Assembly (NCBI GenBank): GCA_051362555.1 | Contig: CM120648.1 | Location: 15,124,587 to 15,188,586 of the forward strand | Reading direction: 5' to 3' | From: Lingula anatina | Taxonomy: Eukaryota > Animalia > Brachiopoda | DNA length: 64,000 nt | Shown here: positions 62,011-64,000 of the stretch, piece after piece | Position numbering within the stretch: position 1 is the first letter of the stretch | How the letters are laid out: the number at the start of each line of letters is the position of its first letter | Notes under the pieces: model-generated | What the model saw: the letters and a program-made list of their open reading frames with translations, nothing else | The model's database searches: none | What the model was told of the DNA's origin: nothing | Made by a program: the position numbers and the translations under genes

Positions 62011-64000
62011 GCAGAAGAAAGCATGCGATAACCAAAGGTACGAGTCGAGCAGAAGAAAAGAAAGTTGAGGAAAAATGAGTGGACATTTTAAAACTGCATC
62101 TATTTCAACTTTTGTTATTATATTATTATTTGAACGTTTTTTATATACAAGCAATTGCACCATACAGATGTATATAAACAAGGCAGCAAAGCTGTCAAAT
62201 GTACAGACAAAAACCAGAAAATAAAAACGCAGGAAATAGGATACTGTCAATTCTGATGAACTAATGTATTATGCTTACTGTAACTGCATAGCCAACATCA
62301 AATTCTTATTCTGCATAACATTGGATTAGGATGAAAGTAAAATGTGTATCAAGCATTAGACTAAGTTCCCATACCTAGTTCAATCTAACAGGATCAATCC
62401 AACTCCAAGGGGTTTCTCACTAAATTGCTTTCAGTTTGAGAGTCTTAGGATTCTGGCATGCCAGTTTCAGTAGGCGTGACAGACAACTAAGCCACTTACA
62501 TTGATTGCAATTTAGCGAGAATTCCCATGGAGATAGATCGATCCACAGTTAGCGTGATAGGGTCTGGAAATAGTCCCTAAGGTGTCAGGCTGATAAGAGT
62601 TAAACTTTGGAAATGCCAGAATGAGGTACAGTGAAAATTACACACAAAAAAAATTGCTTAAACTCATTATATACCTGTATATATATATTTATATTATTAA
62701 TTTTTTTTTTTTTGGCTGTGTGTCAATCCTAAGAATCATTCTTGTAACTTAACAAAATACAGAAAATGTTACAAAGTAAGAGTACAGGGCTCCTGGCAGA
62801 TGGGAGTGATAAGTCACAACTTGAAAATGCCAGTATAGCACTCTATAAACCTGCATTGCCTCCAAAACAGAAAACAATCACACTGGTTTTCAAACACAAG
62901 CTGCGCACTTCTGTCTTATGAAACTTTTCACTTTCAGTATCGTAAGTAACATGGTTTTCCCTTAATCGCTATCCTGGCAGCAGTGTCCAAAATAGGGTTT
63001 TCTTCAACTTTCATGCAATAAAACATAATACTTAACAGCATAATGACCATCAAATTTTTTATAAAAAAATAAAAGTATCATGAATATTCAGAAAATGTGA
63101 TTTGGGAAGGTCTTCAAGGCCATGGAAGTTCAGAGTCACACTTTCAAAATGCCAAAATGTAAACAAGAGATAACTGTACTGAAATAATTTTCTTTCCATT
63201 TTCAACACCTTTTTTAAAACAAAATGATCAATAAACTGTCATTTTTAAATGTTCAACTAGGAAAATTGTTGACATAGGAAAAATATCAATAGAACAATTT
63301 TCAATGTCCAATTTGCTCCATTTGCAGATGCTGAACATAGTGAATGATTAAATCTGACAAACTGCAATGATGAGTTCCTTTCCATTTATGATACTTTATT
63401 ACACAATGCACAATATTATAACAGGTTTACCGTCATTTTTATATAATCAACAAACAATATTGTTAAGAAGCAGAAAATGTCAAAACAACACTTTTACATA
63501 TCTTATTAGTTCCATATTGAGACTGTTAACATGCCTAAGAATTAAATCTGAAGAAATAACAATTATATACGAAAATACAGAAAATGCACAGCACTTCTGG
63601 TGGATGGGAGTAAAAAATCACATCTTGAAGATGCTAGTGTTTGAAAAATAATTTTAAAAAATTTTTTAATAAAATGTAAAAAATTCCAATAAAGCTGCTA
63701 TTCAAACTTTTAATCTAGCTGTATTAACTTGATATTAATAACCCCACCAAGTTTGAGAAAAATAAAGCACTGTTATGCATCTATAGCATGTTGGCATAAC
63801 ACATTCTTTTTGTTGTAAATTATTTGCAATGTTAAACACCATTTATCTGCACAATTATCACCAAATCCTAATTTTGTGACACAGTTAAGAGAGCTAAACC
63901 TATGGGACTTTACAGGGAAATCTCAAGGAGTGTCTTATGTAATCTCATTTAATGGCCAATTGAAAATTAATGAGTAGGCAAGTGACTTTATAGACCTTAA

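Noticed and set aside
55100-64000. Protein-coding gene in the right arm
   Set aside because: Short ORFs lack motifs and consistent splice structure; small exons could have been missed.

Overview
AT-rich, intron-containing eukaryotic DNA, almost certainly from an invertebrate animal, not a prokaryote. The window is mostly a tandem duplication of a large minus-strand gene for a secreted VWDE-like mosaic protein. I reconstructed the exons by hand from GT/AG sites and reading-frame phase. Copy B (52571->28215, 20 coding exons, about 1317 aa) encodes a signal peptide, a D8C (uromodulin/OIT3-type) domain, two predicted beta-rich modules, VWD, a polybasic furin-like site, Cys-rich/EGF modules, Ca-binding EGFs and a C-terminal C-type lectin domain. 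Copy A (22011->about 488) has the same first 15 exons intact but has lost two EGF exons and most of the lectin domain through two separate lesions. Introns and intergenic DNA are packed with transposon remains: three Tc1/mariner families, a head-to-tail dimer of an Academ-like element whose termini are fused through a shared TA inside one CAA target-site duplication, two Penelope-like fragments (one with a minimal hammerhead ribozyme fold), HINE/pearl-like elements, nested Harbinger-like MITEs, a 750-bp foldback element and tRNA-derived SINE-like heads. All family assignments come from motif recognition by eye; no database search was run.
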